From a candidate division WWE3 bacterium RIFCSPLOWO2_01_FULL_39_13 (GTDB lineage Bacteria > Patescibacteriota > WWE3 > 2-01-FULL-39-13), in assembly GCA_001772665.1 (NCBI GenBank), contig MEVH01000022.1, positions 1 to 51,843 of the forward strand: DNA of 51,843 bases. The letters are read 5' to 3'. Every line of letters begins with the position of its first letter. The stretch's first letter is position 1. A model generated the notes under the pieces. It was not told the origin of the DNA. It did no database searches and was given only the letters and a program-made list of their open reading frames with translations. Below are positions 29,630 to 38,321 of the stretch, piece after piece. The position numbers and the translations under genes were made by a program.

Positions 29630-30949
29630 CTATCCTCCTTTATCTTCTGATTTAGCCTGCTCATAAAATCTTGTTCTTTCGCCGATAAAATGGAGGGGGA
29701 TTGTTCCTGTTGGACCGTTTCGATGCTTAGCTATTGTCAGCATAACTTCACTGTGATTTTCTTCGTCGGGGCGGTAAAGAAAAATAACTACGTCGGCGTC
29801 CTGCTCAATGCTTCCACTTTCTCTTAGATCGCTTAGCTGGGGGACGCGTGTTCCCCTCTGCTCGACAGAACGGTTTAACTGCGCGGCAGCAACCACAGGG
29901 ATAGTCAATTCTTTTGCCAGAGCTTTTAAGCCCCACGAAATTTCTGTTACTTCCTGAACTCTATTTTCCTGGTTGCTGCCGCGCATAAGCTGCAAATAGT
30001 CAATGAGTATCATCTTTACTCCCTTTTCTGACTGAAGCCTTCGAGCTTTTGTCCTAAGCTCCATAATCGAAAGGCTTGGAGTATCGTCAATATAAACCGG
30101 AGCGTCTGCCAAAATCCCTGCAGCTTCACCATAGGCTGCAAGCTCACTGTCGCTTAGCCTCCCGCTTGTTATCTTAAAGCTGTCTATATTTGCCTGTGAG
30201 GCCACCATTCTAATGGCAAGTTCATCACTGCTCATTTCAAGAGAAAATATTCCAATAGGAACATTGTTATTAACAGCTGCAAATTGAGCCATGTTTAAAA
30301 GAAGTGACGATTTCCCGACAGATGGACGGGCAGCAATAATTATGAGGTTCGAAGGACGAAACCCGCTCAATTTAGAATCGAGCGACTTAAACCCGGTTGC
30401 AATTCCTCTAAGCTGGCCTTTATTCTTGTAAAGCTCATCAAGTACATCAAAGCTTTTTTCTAGGGTTTGTCTCAGAGAAACAAATTCTCCGCGCAGGTGC
30501 TGTTCAGAAATGCCGAAAAGCTTCTGCTCTGCACTGTCCAGTAAATTTTCTACCCGATCATTTTCCCGAAATCCCAGATCATTCAGCTCTGAGGCAACTC
30601 TTATAAGACTCCTTCGGATATATGCATCCCGAACAAGCTTTCCATGGCTCTCAACATTTCCGGCACTTGGGGTATCATTTATAAGATCACTGATATAGGA
30701 TACTCCTCCTACTTTCTCAAGAGTTTTTTTCTTCCGCAGACGATCTGGAAGAGTAACGACATCAATCGGCTCCCTGCCTTCGAAAAGCTCAAGCATTACT
30801 TCAAAAATCATGCCGTGCTTGTCTGCATAAAAATGCTCGGGCATCAAAAACTCGGCGATTTTTACAATTGCATCTTTATCTATTAAGATCGCTCCCAAAA
30901 CAGCTTTTTCTGCATCAACATTTTGAGGTTGAATTTTTACGTCTGCCAT
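29630..30949 (-). CDS. dnaB: Replicative DNA helicase DnaB
   Basis: The N-terminal domain begins PQNVDAEKAVLGAIL. Walker A is ARPSVGKSS. LIDYLQLM and the DnaB motifs H3/H4 are present. 439 aa, with no intein. Confidence 0.95.
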   Translation of the reverse strand: MADVKIQPQNVDAEKAVLGAILIDKDAIVKIAEFLMPEHFYADKHGMIFEVMLELFEGREPIDVVTLPDRLRKKKTLEKVGGVSYISDLINDTPSAGNVESHGKLVRDAYIRRSLIRVASELNDLGFRENDRVENLLDSAEQKLFGISEQHLRGEFVSLRQTLEKSFDVLDELYKNKGQLRGIATGFKSLDSKLSGFRPSNLIIIAARPSVGKSSLLLNMAQFAAVNNNVPIGIFSLEMSSDELAIRMVASQANIDSFKITSGRLSDSELAAYGEAAGILADAPVYIDDTPSLSIMELRTKARRLQSEKGVKMILIDYLQLMRGSNQENRVQEVTEISWGLKALAKELTIPVVAAAQLNRSVEQRGTRVPQLSDLRESGSIEQDADVVIFLYRPDEENHSEVMLTIAKHRNGPTGTIPLHFIGERTRFYEQAKSEDKGG

Positions 30950-31051
30950 AATTCTATCTGCATTATATCTTATTAGAGAAGTTAAAAAAGGACGAAACCG
31001 CTCCTATAGTCCAACTAATACAAACACTGGAGGATCCCTTTACTGCACAGC

Positions 31052-31159
31052 CATTTCAGTTAAGTGCAAATATTTATACTTTACTGAGGTGTTTAATTTG
31101 ACAAGCAGTTGATAGTCCAATATACTCATTTCAGTTAAGTGCAAATATGTACACTTTAC
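31052..31159 (+). promoter_or_regulatory. Two 33-bp direct repeats bracketing the abiEi promoter (operator-like)
   Basis: CATTTCAGTTAAGTGCAAATATTTATACTTTAC is at 31052-31084. CATTTCAGTTAAGTGCAAATATGTACACTTTAC is at 31127-31159. They match at 31 of 33 positions. The second copy covers the abiEi ATG. Confidence 0.6.
31098..31126 (+). promoter_or_regulatory. Sigma70-type promoter of the abiE operon
   Basis: TTGACA (31098-31103), a 17-nt spacer, then TATACT (31121-31126). This lies 20 nt upstream of the ATG. Confidence 0.5.
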
Positions 31160-31773
31160 CGAAACCGATTCAGGTGCGGGAAGAGTTACTTAAACGAAAA
31201 CTAAGGATCTTTAGCGCAGGTGAATTTATGGATGCCTTTAATACAACACCTTACCCAGCAAAGTACTTTTTAGAAACCCAAGTCCAACAGGGTCTTCTTG
31301 CGAGGTTAAAACGAGGAATCTATACTCTTAAAACTGACATGCCTTCTGAGGAGGAAATTGCCAATACAATCTATAAACCATCCTATATTTCATTTGAATA
31401 TGCACTTGCTCATTACCACCTGCTTCCTGAAATGCCATATGTTGTTACCTCGGCAACAACAAAACCCACACGACTGTTTACAACAACAAGCTCCTCGTTT
31501 TCTTATAGAACAATTAAAAGGGAAGCATATACCGGTTACGCTTTAGTAAGACAAGATCAAAAATCATTTCTAATAGCCGACAAAGAAAAGGCATTAATTG
31601 ATTATTTATATTTCTTTATACTTCAGAAATGTCCCGAAAATGAGCGCCTGTTTAAGAATTTGAGAAACAAAAGTTTTTATAAAACAGAGGATCTAAACAG
31701 GAGAAAAATCACTGCATACGCAAGATTATTTAAAAACGAGCGCCTATTAAATTTAATCAACCAATTCAGATGA
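31147..31773 (+). CDS. abiEi: AbiEi-family antitoxin (type IV toxin-antitoxin system)
   Basis: 208 aa. The N-terminal winged-HTH-like region contains GLLARLKRGIYTL. It overlaps the downstream nucleotidyltransferase gene by ATGA. Confidence 0.8.
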   Translation: MYTLPKPIQVREELLKRKLRIFSAGEFMDAFNTTPYPAKYFLETQVQQGLLARLKRGIYTLKTDMPSEEEIANTIYKPSYISFEYALAHYHLLPEMPYVVTSATTKPTRLFTTTSSSFSYRTIKREAYTGYALVRQDQKSFLIADKEKALIDYLYFFILQKCPENERLFKNLRNKSFYKTEDLNRRKITAYARLFKNERLLNLINQFR

Positions 31774-32489
31774 TTTCACAATCCGTAATCCAAAGTTTAG
31801 CACAGAAATTGCAATCAACAGAGTTAAATATTCAAAGAGAATATATTCAAAATCTCTTCCTTTCCTATTTCTACCAACAACCAGATTCAAACAAAATTTT
31901 CTTCAAGGGTGGAACCGCTTTACGAATTATTTACCAAAGCCCGCGCTTTTCAGAAGATTTAGATTTTAGTTCAACAAAAACAGCGATAAAGAAGATAGAA
32001 GACATAGTTATTCATACAATAGGTGAGATTGAACGTGAAGGAATTAATGTGGATATTAAAGAGTCAAAAAAGACAAGCGGGGGCTACTTAGCTATTATCC
32101 ATTTCTTTCTCAACAACCAAGAGATAGCTATTCAACTCGAGATTTCCCAGAGGGAAAGGGTTAACAAGGGAGAACTGACTACAGTTGTGAATGATTTTAT
32201 TCCCCCCTACACGCTTGTAACTCTTTCACAAGATCAACTTATTTCAGAGAAAGTTCAAGCTTTGTTAACACGGCAAAAAGCTAGGGACTTTTACGACTTG
32301 TACTACATACTAAGAGCCAATCTTTTGTCAACTAAGGACAAAGGAATACTTGAAAAAGTTTTAATCTTATTAAGTAAAACCAATATCCTATTTGAACAAG
32401 AATTGAAAATATTCCTTCCTAAGAGCCACTGGTCAATCGTTAGAAATTTTAAAAAAACACTTGAACAAGAAATCAAGCGCACGATATAA
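31770..32489 (+). CDS. abiEii: AbiEii/AbiGii-family nucleotidyltransferase toxin
   Basis: FFKGGTALRIIYQSPRFSEDLDFS is the NTase motif of DUF1814/AbiEii. RDFYDLYYI lies C-terminal. Confidence 0.85.
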   Translation: MISQSVIQSLAQKLQSTELNIQREYIQNLFLSYFYQQPDSNKIFFKGGTALRIIYQSPRFSEDLDFSSTKTAIKKIEDIVIHTIGEIEREGINVDIKESKKTSGGYLAIIHFFLNNQEIAIQLEISQRERVNKGELTTVVNDFIPPYTLVTLSQDQLISEKVQALLTRQKARDFYDLYYILRANLLSTKDKGILEKVLILLSKTNILFEQELKIFLPKSHWSIVRNFKKTLEQEIKRTI

Positions 32490-32573
32490 GTGAGGCTCTT
32501 CTACCCACCGAGGTTACTGCGTACTGTAGACAACAGGGCAAAACGCATAGATAATGATTGATGTACAAAACAT

Positions 32574-32661
32574 GCCGAGGTGGCGGAATGGCAGACGCGC
32601 GGGTCTCAAAAACCCGTCTTTAGCAATAAGGGTGAGGGTTCGACTCCCTCCCTCGGCACCA
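32574..32661 (+). tRNA. tRNA-Leu (anticodon CAA)
   Basis: The cloverleaf reads GCCGAGG/TG/GCG-GAATGGCAGA-CGC/G/CGGGT-CTCAAAA-ACCCG/long variable arm/GAGGG-TTCGACT-CCCTC/CCTCGGC/A/CCA. Confidence 0.95.
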
Positions 32662-32689
32662 AATCACAAATGCTATAATACCTATACAT

Positions 32690-33061
32690 ATGAAGCCACA
32701 ACGGGTTTTTGTATTGGTATGTACTTTTATCTTTGGAATATTTATTTTTTGGCAGTTTAATCTTTATCAACAATTCTTCAAAAAACCTTTGAGTTGTGGC
32801 GACGACTGGTCATATAACATTCAATGTCCAACAGGATCTTACTGTAAATCAGCAAGACTGGGATCGTTAGCCGGAGGTTCATGCAGACCCTTCATTTCAT
32901 TTTTTAATATATTTAAAAGCACAACATCGGTAGAGAATTTACCAACTCTAATACCTCCGACACAACTACCATCAGCTGAAGTTTCTATCCAATACAAGGT
33001 GAACAAAAAATTTGTATGCTTGCACCACCCGTTGAAACACTGTTGCCAAATGAAAGCATAA
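32690..33061 (+). CDS. Small secreted or membrane-anchored Cys-rich protein; the reading frame may continue in ORF 33016-33207 after a frameshift
   Basis: An N-terminal hydrophobic segment is followed by CGDDWSYNIQCPTGSYCKS...GGSC. A TGCTATAAT box (32671-32679) lies 10 nt upstream of the ATG. An overlapping downstream ORF is open in the -1 frame. Confidence 0.5.
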   Translation: MKPQRVFVLVCTFIFGIFIFWQFNLYQQFFKKPLSCGDDWSYNIQCPTGSYCKSARLGSLAGGSCRPFISFFNIFKSTTSVENLPTLIPPTQLPSAEVSIQYKVNKKFVCLHHPLKHCCQMKA

Positions 33062-33340
33062 CAAGTCAAATAACAGAAAAAGTACTTGCTAAATTGACTC
33101 AAGGCAGATATATGATCACATTTGAATATTCAACTGAAAAAGAAAGTGAGCATTCTATTAGAGAACGTTCCACCGTTTATTCAGAAATCTTTATAATAGC
33201 TGACTAGCATTTCACTAAACAGCCATAAGCGAACAACTCCAAAAGTTGTTTCTTAAATAAACTCATCACAACAACCAAAAAGTTGTTTGAGTTTGTCAAG
33301 GGAATTTCCACGTTTACAGATGTTATAATAACTCCATACT

Positions 33341-34021
33341 ATGAAAATCAATTATCTCGGGCATTCAAGTTTTAAAATTTCCACCAAATCTCTAACAGGC
33401 GAAGAAGTTACTATTATTATTGATCCTTTTGACCCAAAAATGGTTGGGCTTCCCTTCCCTGTGCAAAAAGCTGATATCGTTATTACTAGCCATCAGCATC
33501 CCGATCATAATTTTACTGCCGGTATAGAAGGGATATCTGGCGAAGATTATTTTCTTATAGACACTCCGGGAGAATATGAAGTCAAAGGGATACGATTCGA
33601 ATGCATTCAAAGCTTTCATGATGAATCAGACGGCAAAGAACGCGGATTAAATACGATAACAGCAATTGATGCCGAAAATATAAGGATTGCACATCTTGGC
33701 GATCTTGGAGCTCCCTTGTCAAAAGATCAGCTAGAATCGTTGGATACTGTTGACATCTTAATGATCCCAGTCGGCGGGTTTTACACCATCGGCGCTAAAG
33801 AAGCTATAGAAATAATTGAGTCAATAGAGCCGTCGGTAGTAATTCCAATGCATTACAAAATGCCAAATGCTCCCGAGCAGTTCAAAAATTTAGCAACACT
33901 AGAGGATTTCATTAAAGAATTCGGAGCAGAGGCAGAAACAAAGAAAGAATATAAAATTAACTCACGAAGTGATCTGCCACAGAATATTACGGTTGTTCCT
34001 CTTGAAGTCAATAAGACTTAA
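33341..34021 (+). CDS. MBL-fold metallo-hydrolase
   Basis: The HQHPDH (HxHxDH) motif is present. 226 aa with an L-ascorbate-lactonase/UlaG-like short MBL layout. Confidence 0.85.
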   Translation: MKINYLGHSSFKISTKSLTGEEVTIIIDPFDPKMVGLPFPVQKADIVITSHQHPDHNFTAGIEGISGEDYFLIDTPGEYEVKGIRFECIQSFHDESDGKERGLNTITAIDAENIRIAHLGDLGAPLSKDQLESLDTVDILMIPVGGFYTIGAKEAIEIIESIEPSVVIPMHYKMPNAPEQFKNLATLEDFIKEFGAEAETKKEYKINSRSDLPQNITVVPLEVNKT

Positions 34022-34078
34022 AGGACTTCAAATTACTATTAACGTCGTCAATTCTGTTAGTCTGATGGGTAAATCTAT

Positions 34079-34204
34079 ATGAAGAAGCAACTTAAACTGC
34101 CAAAATTTAAAAACGAAGACGAAGAAAGAGAATTCTGGGCAAATATTGATATACCTTATCAATCTTTAATTAAGAGCTATTTGAAAGAGGCGGTTTTTAA
34201 ATAA
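34079..34204 (+). CDS. 41-aa BrnA/CopG-like antitoxin remnant (internally deleted)
   Basis: It reads MKKQLKLPKFKNEDEEREFWANID joined directly to IPYQSLIKSYLKEAVFK. These are the N- and C-terminal signatures of BrnA-type antitoxins, without the middle part. No partner toxin is present. Confidence 0.4.
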   Translation: MKKQLKLPKFKNEDEEREFWANIDIPYQSLIKSYLKEAVFK

Positions 34205-34273
34205 TCAACTACCGCGAGCTTACGCACGCGGTATGCTGTAATGCTCGCTTCGCGAGTTTTATGGTTCAAATCC
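34204..34273 (+). repeat. Modular hairpin element, copy R2 (minimal 70-nt form)
   Basis: The sequence is ATCAACTACCGCGAGCTTACGCACGCGGTATGCTGTAATGCTCGCTTCGCGAGTTTTATGGTTCAAATCC. It has the same scaffold as R1 and R3, but lacks the 20-nt loop insert and the 43-nt units. Confidence 0.85.
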
Positions 34274-34322
34274 CTCGACATTACGGTCGGGGTATTTCGC
34301 TCGCATTATAAGAAGTCTGCTA

Positions 34323-35285
34323 TCAGCTAGAAGACTTTGACCTAAAAAATTGGAGTGATCCCAGTATCTCTTTTGCTGACTTTTTTCTTGCAACTAGCAC
34401 TTTGTCAGGATCAGGTTGATTAGCAACTGCTTGCGCATAAATTTCAGCCAAAAGGGGCATATCCTCTATTTTACAAAATTCTGCATATGCCAAAAGGATT
34501 CCAGTTGCCCAAACCCTCATTTTCATTCGACCTTGATCTTTATTTCTCATCTCTTCGTCATATCCCAATAGAAGGTTTTTTTGAGCTTCTGAAAGAGTAT
34601 CCAGCGATTCCTCTTTTCTACCTAAAAGATGTAAAATCTTTGTCTTGCCTAAAAGAGCCCATGATTTATGCGATTTTGACCCAGGCAGATCTTTCAATGC
34701 ATCTTCGACAAGCTTTAATGCTTCAAGCAGATCCCTTGTACACTTATCTGCTCCTATCAAACTTACCCGCTTTATAATAGTACCTACTAAGTGGACTTTT
34801 TGAATAGCAATTGACCCTGCGAGATCCTTTATTCCTTTCTTTTCGGCGGACTCAATTGCCTTTCTTGAAGCCTCCTCAGCCTGTTTTAGGAGTTCGAGTT
34901 TTTTCTTATTATCCACTTCTGCATCCGCCATCAATGAAAAGGCTATTCTTTTATGCCCCATCACATCTACAAGTCCGCGGATGTTATGATTTTTTTCATC
35001 CCAGTCAATCACTTTACTAAACATTTCAAGGGATATTTCAAGCTTTCCCGCTTCACGTAATTCAATTGCTGCATTTTTGTACTCTTCCCTGTCTTTTTTG
35101 AGAGAAGACAAAGTCAATTTGATCCCAAGACCTTTTTTCTTTAAATCATTAACAATAAACTGCACACGCTGAGGAGAAATATTGTACTTACGAGCCAATC
35201 TATTAAAGGAAGTATCAGAACTAACATATTCATTGTAAATTTGCTGATTGCGACCTGATTTAAAATCACTCCTGATAGATTTCAT
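34323..35285 (-). CDS. Hypothetical protein with an N-terminal HTH-like segment and a helical-repeat body
   Basis: 320-aa ORF. FNRLARKYNISPQRVQFIVNDLKK resembles a sigma70-region-4/HTH segment. The rest is predicted to be alpha-helical and TPR-like. Confidence 0.55.
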   Translation of the reverse strand: MKSIRSDFKSGRNQQIYNEYVSSDTSFNRLARKYNISPQRVQFIVNDLKKKGLGIKLTLSSLKKDREEYKNAAIELREAGKLEISLEMFSKVIDWDEKNHNIRGLVDVMGHKRIAFSLMADAEVDNKKKLELLKQAEEASRKAIESAEKKGIKDLAGSIAIQKVHLVGTIIKRVSLIGADKCTRDLLEALKLVEDALKDLPGSKSHKSWALLGKTKILHLLGRKEESLDTLSEAQKNLLLGYDEEMRNKDQGRMKMRVWATGILLAYAEFCKIEDMPLLAEIYAQAVANQPDPDKVLVARKKSAKEILGSLQFFRSKSSS

Positions 35286-35511
35286 AGGGTTTGGAAACTA
35301 ACCTATTGTGGATATTATTAGCACACAGGCAAGCCGTTGTCAATGGCTAGGAGTAGTAATTGCCAGTCATCAACTGATGGTATACAAAGAGTAATCAGAA
35401 TAAAAAAGATAATCTGCCATCAATAGATAGCTCCGGAACACTCTATCGCCTAGGTCAAACCTATTCGCAAACTGGTACTTGTGAAAGTGAATAGACCAAA
35501 AGAAATCGGTG

Positions 35512-36153
35512 CTAAGAGGCTGAAAGCTGCTTTGCATCAGAACATCTCGCTTCTATTTGTCTCCACTGTTCTGCTCTTACTGCTTTCAGATTATCAGAAA
35601 CCTCAATCTCAATGCCAATCTCAGGAGCCAACTCAATAATAAGATCCTCAAACCTTGATAAAGCATCGTGTGCTATCATAGCTCTTGCAGTTCGATTATT
35701 TTGACCACCATAAATCTCACCACATACCCACTTATCACTTTTTACTTCTGATCCATGTTCTTCATCCACTAGGAAGGTTCGGTAAGAAGCCGTACTTACT
35801 GTATTTCCTGAAAATCCCAATGACACGTGTTTGCCCGTATTATCAGGATTAACTTCTTCAGCTTCTAAATACATAAACATACGATCCTGAAAATTCGTAT
35901 TATAATATCTTAAACGTAGAAGTTGACGATTTTCTTCATTTGCCATTATATAAGCTTCTACATTTTCGCCGCATCCAAAAGTGTCTCTATCCGCTAAAAC
36001 TATCACCCCAGCTTCTTCAAGTAATCCCGGAGTAACGTCAGACAAACTTCTAACAAATGCGTTAATAGCGGTAAACCGATCAACAGGACCTAACTGCTCC
36101 CCTAATTTAAACGGTTCAACGACAGTTACAGGACAACCAGTTACAGTAGACAT
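35512..36153 (-). CDS. Hypothetical protein
   Basis: 213-aa ORF with no competing ORF. No family was recognised. Confidence 0.5.
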   Translation of the reverse strand: MSTVTGCPVTVVEPFKLGEQLGPVDRFTAINAFVRSLSDVTPGLLEEAGVIVLADRDTFGCGENVEAYIMANEENRQLLRLRYYNTNFQDRMFMYLEAEEVNPDNTGKHVSLGFSGNTVSTASYRTFLVDEEHGSEVKSDKWVCGEIYGGQNNRTARAMIAHDALSRFEDLIIELAPEIGIEIEVSDNLKAVRAEQWRQIEARCSDAKQLSAS

Positions 36154-36318
36154 ATGACAATTTTATACAAAAGCAGGCCTATAGTCAACAGTCAATATAG
36201 CAAAAGACACAAATTCTATTTGGAGATGAAATTAGTGGGACATTCTAAATCTTGCGCGAAACCATTTTGAAGTAAATTGATTGCCTCCATTTTATTTCAA
36301 AAGCGCGAAAGTATCTTA

Positions 36319-36394
36319 TGGTGGACTCGGGCGGACTTGAACCGCCTGCCTCCCAAATGCGAATCGGGTGTTCTACCAGATGAACTACGAGCCC
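36319..36394 (-). tRNA. tRNA-Ala (anticodon CGC)
   Basis: The minus sense reads GGGCTCG TA GTTC ATCTGGTA GAAC A CCCGA TTCGCAT TTGGG AGGCA GGCGG TTCAAGT CCGCC CGAGTCC A CCA. The G3:U70 pair is present. Confidence 0.95.
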
Positions 36395-36422
36395 ACGAAT
36401 ATGTATATAATTATATATGAAT

Positions 36423-37499
36423 CTACAAAATTGTCGGTATGGAAGATCCACGCCCCTTGTGAAAATCTGCTTGGAATGATCCTAATTCTGATTTAAGATA
36501 ATTTACCATTTCATTAGTTGCAGGATCAACTTTATGGCTAAGTGCCAACTGGTAGCTGACAACACATCCTAATATAATGATTTCCCAGATATCAAGCATT
36601 TTGTTTTTACCGGATGTTTTGATTACGGCTTCTGCATATCCACTTCTTTGGATAACACTTTTCGTAATTTCAAATCTTTTTTTATTTCGCGGATGGTACA
36701 AATTAGACTCAAGAAAAACAAATACAAAGTTTGAGGAGGCATCTGCCGGGTACTTTAATCCATCAAGAAAATGATGATTCATGTCGGGAATCTGAAGGTT
36801 AAAAGCTAGATTTTTCGAGGTTTCATTAAAAAAATTCCTAAAGATATGCCCCGCACAATTTGTGTGTTCACTAGATATAAAAACGGGGATCTTCCCTATA
36901 AATTTCGAACTTAAGGAGGAGGCTTTGGCCAGGTCATGCTTCAAAAACTCGACGTAAGACGAGATGTCCTCGGCCAAGGCTTTTATATCAGTGCCGGAAA
37001 ATTCTATTAATCCTAGCTTTGAAAAGATTCCTAAAACTGACCCTGCCGTGTATCCTATTCCTGTTCTTGGGACTTTTGAGTCAAAGTTATATTCCGGATC
37101 ATAAATGTACCCGGGGATTTGGTTATCTTTAATATAGTCTCCCAGCTTTCCGCCCGAAGAAATCGCCACTATTTTGCATCTCCTTCCACGAGCTTCCTTA
37201 AGAGCACCAAGTGTCTCCTCAGTATTCCCTGAGCAACTAGAGACTATAAATAAAGTGTTTTCATCAGCAAAGGCTGGAAGCAAATAATCGGAGATCAGGG
37301 CAAGAGGCTTTTTTAATTCAGACGAAAATGCTCCCTTAAGTATAAGACCTCCAAATATTGACCCACCCATTCCAGCTATGACTATATTGGAGACACCGGA
37401 ATACTCGCCCGGAAGTTTGATCTGTTTGGATTCTGTATACGACTGCCAAAGCTGTTTGTGAAATGAAAAAATAGACCGCAGGTAGGTATCTTCTGCCAT
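36423..37499 (-). CDS. SIS-domain bifunctional phosphoglucose/phosphomannose isomerase-like protein
   Basis: 358 aa. NIVIAGMGGSIFGG and SSCSGNTEET are SIS motifs. A second SIS-like half follows. Confidence 0.8.
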   Translation of the reverse strand: MAEDTYLRSIFSFHKQLWQSYTESKQIKLPGEYSGVSNIVIAGMGGSIFGGLILKGAFSSELKKPLALISDYLLPAFADENTLFIVSSCSGNTEETLGALKEARGRRCKIVAISSGGKLGDYIKDNQIPGYIYDPEYNFDSKVPRTGIGYTAGSVLGIFSKLGLIEFSGTDIKALAEDISSYVEFLKHDLAKASSLSSKFIGKIPVFISSEHTNCAGHIFRNFFNETSKNLAFNLQIPDMNHHFLDGLKYPADASSNFVFVFLESNLYHPRNKKRFEITKSVIQRSGYAEAVIKTSGKNKMLDIWEIIILGCVVSYQLALSHKVDPATNEMVNYLKSELGSFQADFHKGRGSSIPTIL

Positions 37500-37554
37500 G
37501 AAAACATTGTACCGTAATATAAAAGAAATTACAGAACAACTTTAAAGAATTTTT

Positions 37555-37951
37555 TAGAAAACTCGTAAGCCAGATTCTGTTTTATCCCTTAAAACACTGT
37601 CAGTTTTACCAACAGCAGAGGTAAGGGTGTGCATAATCTTTCTCAGCTCTGTCTTTTGCCGTGTTTGAGTCAGTTTAAAGCTGGCCAAACTTGACGAGCA
37701 GCCTGTGACGGCAGTTCGCAGATTGCAGCAGAGAGGATTGCTCGTTCCACCTTGCCTCCGCCTGCGGCGGGGGTTTTTCGTCTCTATAGCTCTCGGCTGG
37801 GTCGATTCCCTAGCCGTGCCTTCGGATTACTCCTTTGGCCACTGTCTCGCCTACGGCGAGCGACGCGCCTTCGCGCACCCATCCTTGCTCTATGCTGTCT
37901 GGACTTTCCTATCGTCCGCCTATGGCGGACGATCTATACACCGGTTTTCTA
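37555..37951 (-). ncRNA. rnpB: RNase P RNA (bacterial type A)
   Basis: In the minus sense, the P4 5' strand AGGAAAGTCC is the complement of 37901-37910. The P4 3' strand ACAGAATCTGGCTTA is the complement of 37566-37580. The terminal P1 pairing is TAGAAAAC/GTTTTCTA. The segment is a G+C-rich island of about 400 nt. Confidence 0.9.
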
Positions 37952-38032
37952 TGTGTAATTATACTAATTTTAACACTTTATCTCCAGTTTTCTGCTTGTG
38001 TAGAAACCTTATGAAGACATGGAGCACAAAAC

Positions 38033-38254
38033 TCACTCTATTCTTTTTATAATCGAGCCGAATATTAAATTTGTTCCTTCTCCACCGCCTGATAGTCTTA
38101 AAATAAGATTATATAAATATAACCCAGCGATAATTACCCCAATGATTATAAGGAAAAACGAAACCCATGTGTTTGCTTTTGCGAATAATCCGCTGTCATT
38201 TCTAAGACTGATTTTTTCTTGCAGTTTTTCAGTTTTGGTTTTAAACCAGAGCAT
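38033..38254 (-). CDS. Possible small single-pass membrane protein
   Basis: 73-aa ORF with one strong hydrophobic segment (WVSFFLIIIGVIIAGLYLYNLIL). The ribosome-binding site is weak and no homology was recognised. Confidence 0.3.
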   Translation of the reverse strand: MLWFKTKTEKLQEKISLRNDSGLFAKANTWVSFFLIIIGVIIAGLYLYNLILRLSGGGEGTNLIFGSIIKRIE

Positions 38255-38321
38255 TAGAGTAAATATATCACACCCCTTCTTTTCTGAGGCCTTTTATCGC
38301 CACGGATACAGCAAAAATACA

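Noticed and set aside
37705-38052. G+C-rich ORFs 37705-38052 and 37752-37958 from the ORF track
   Set aside because: They lie antisense within and beside the RNase P RNA gene (37555-37951, minus strand), which explains the G+C island. Their Arg/Ala/Leu-rich translations look like RNA-gene artefacts.
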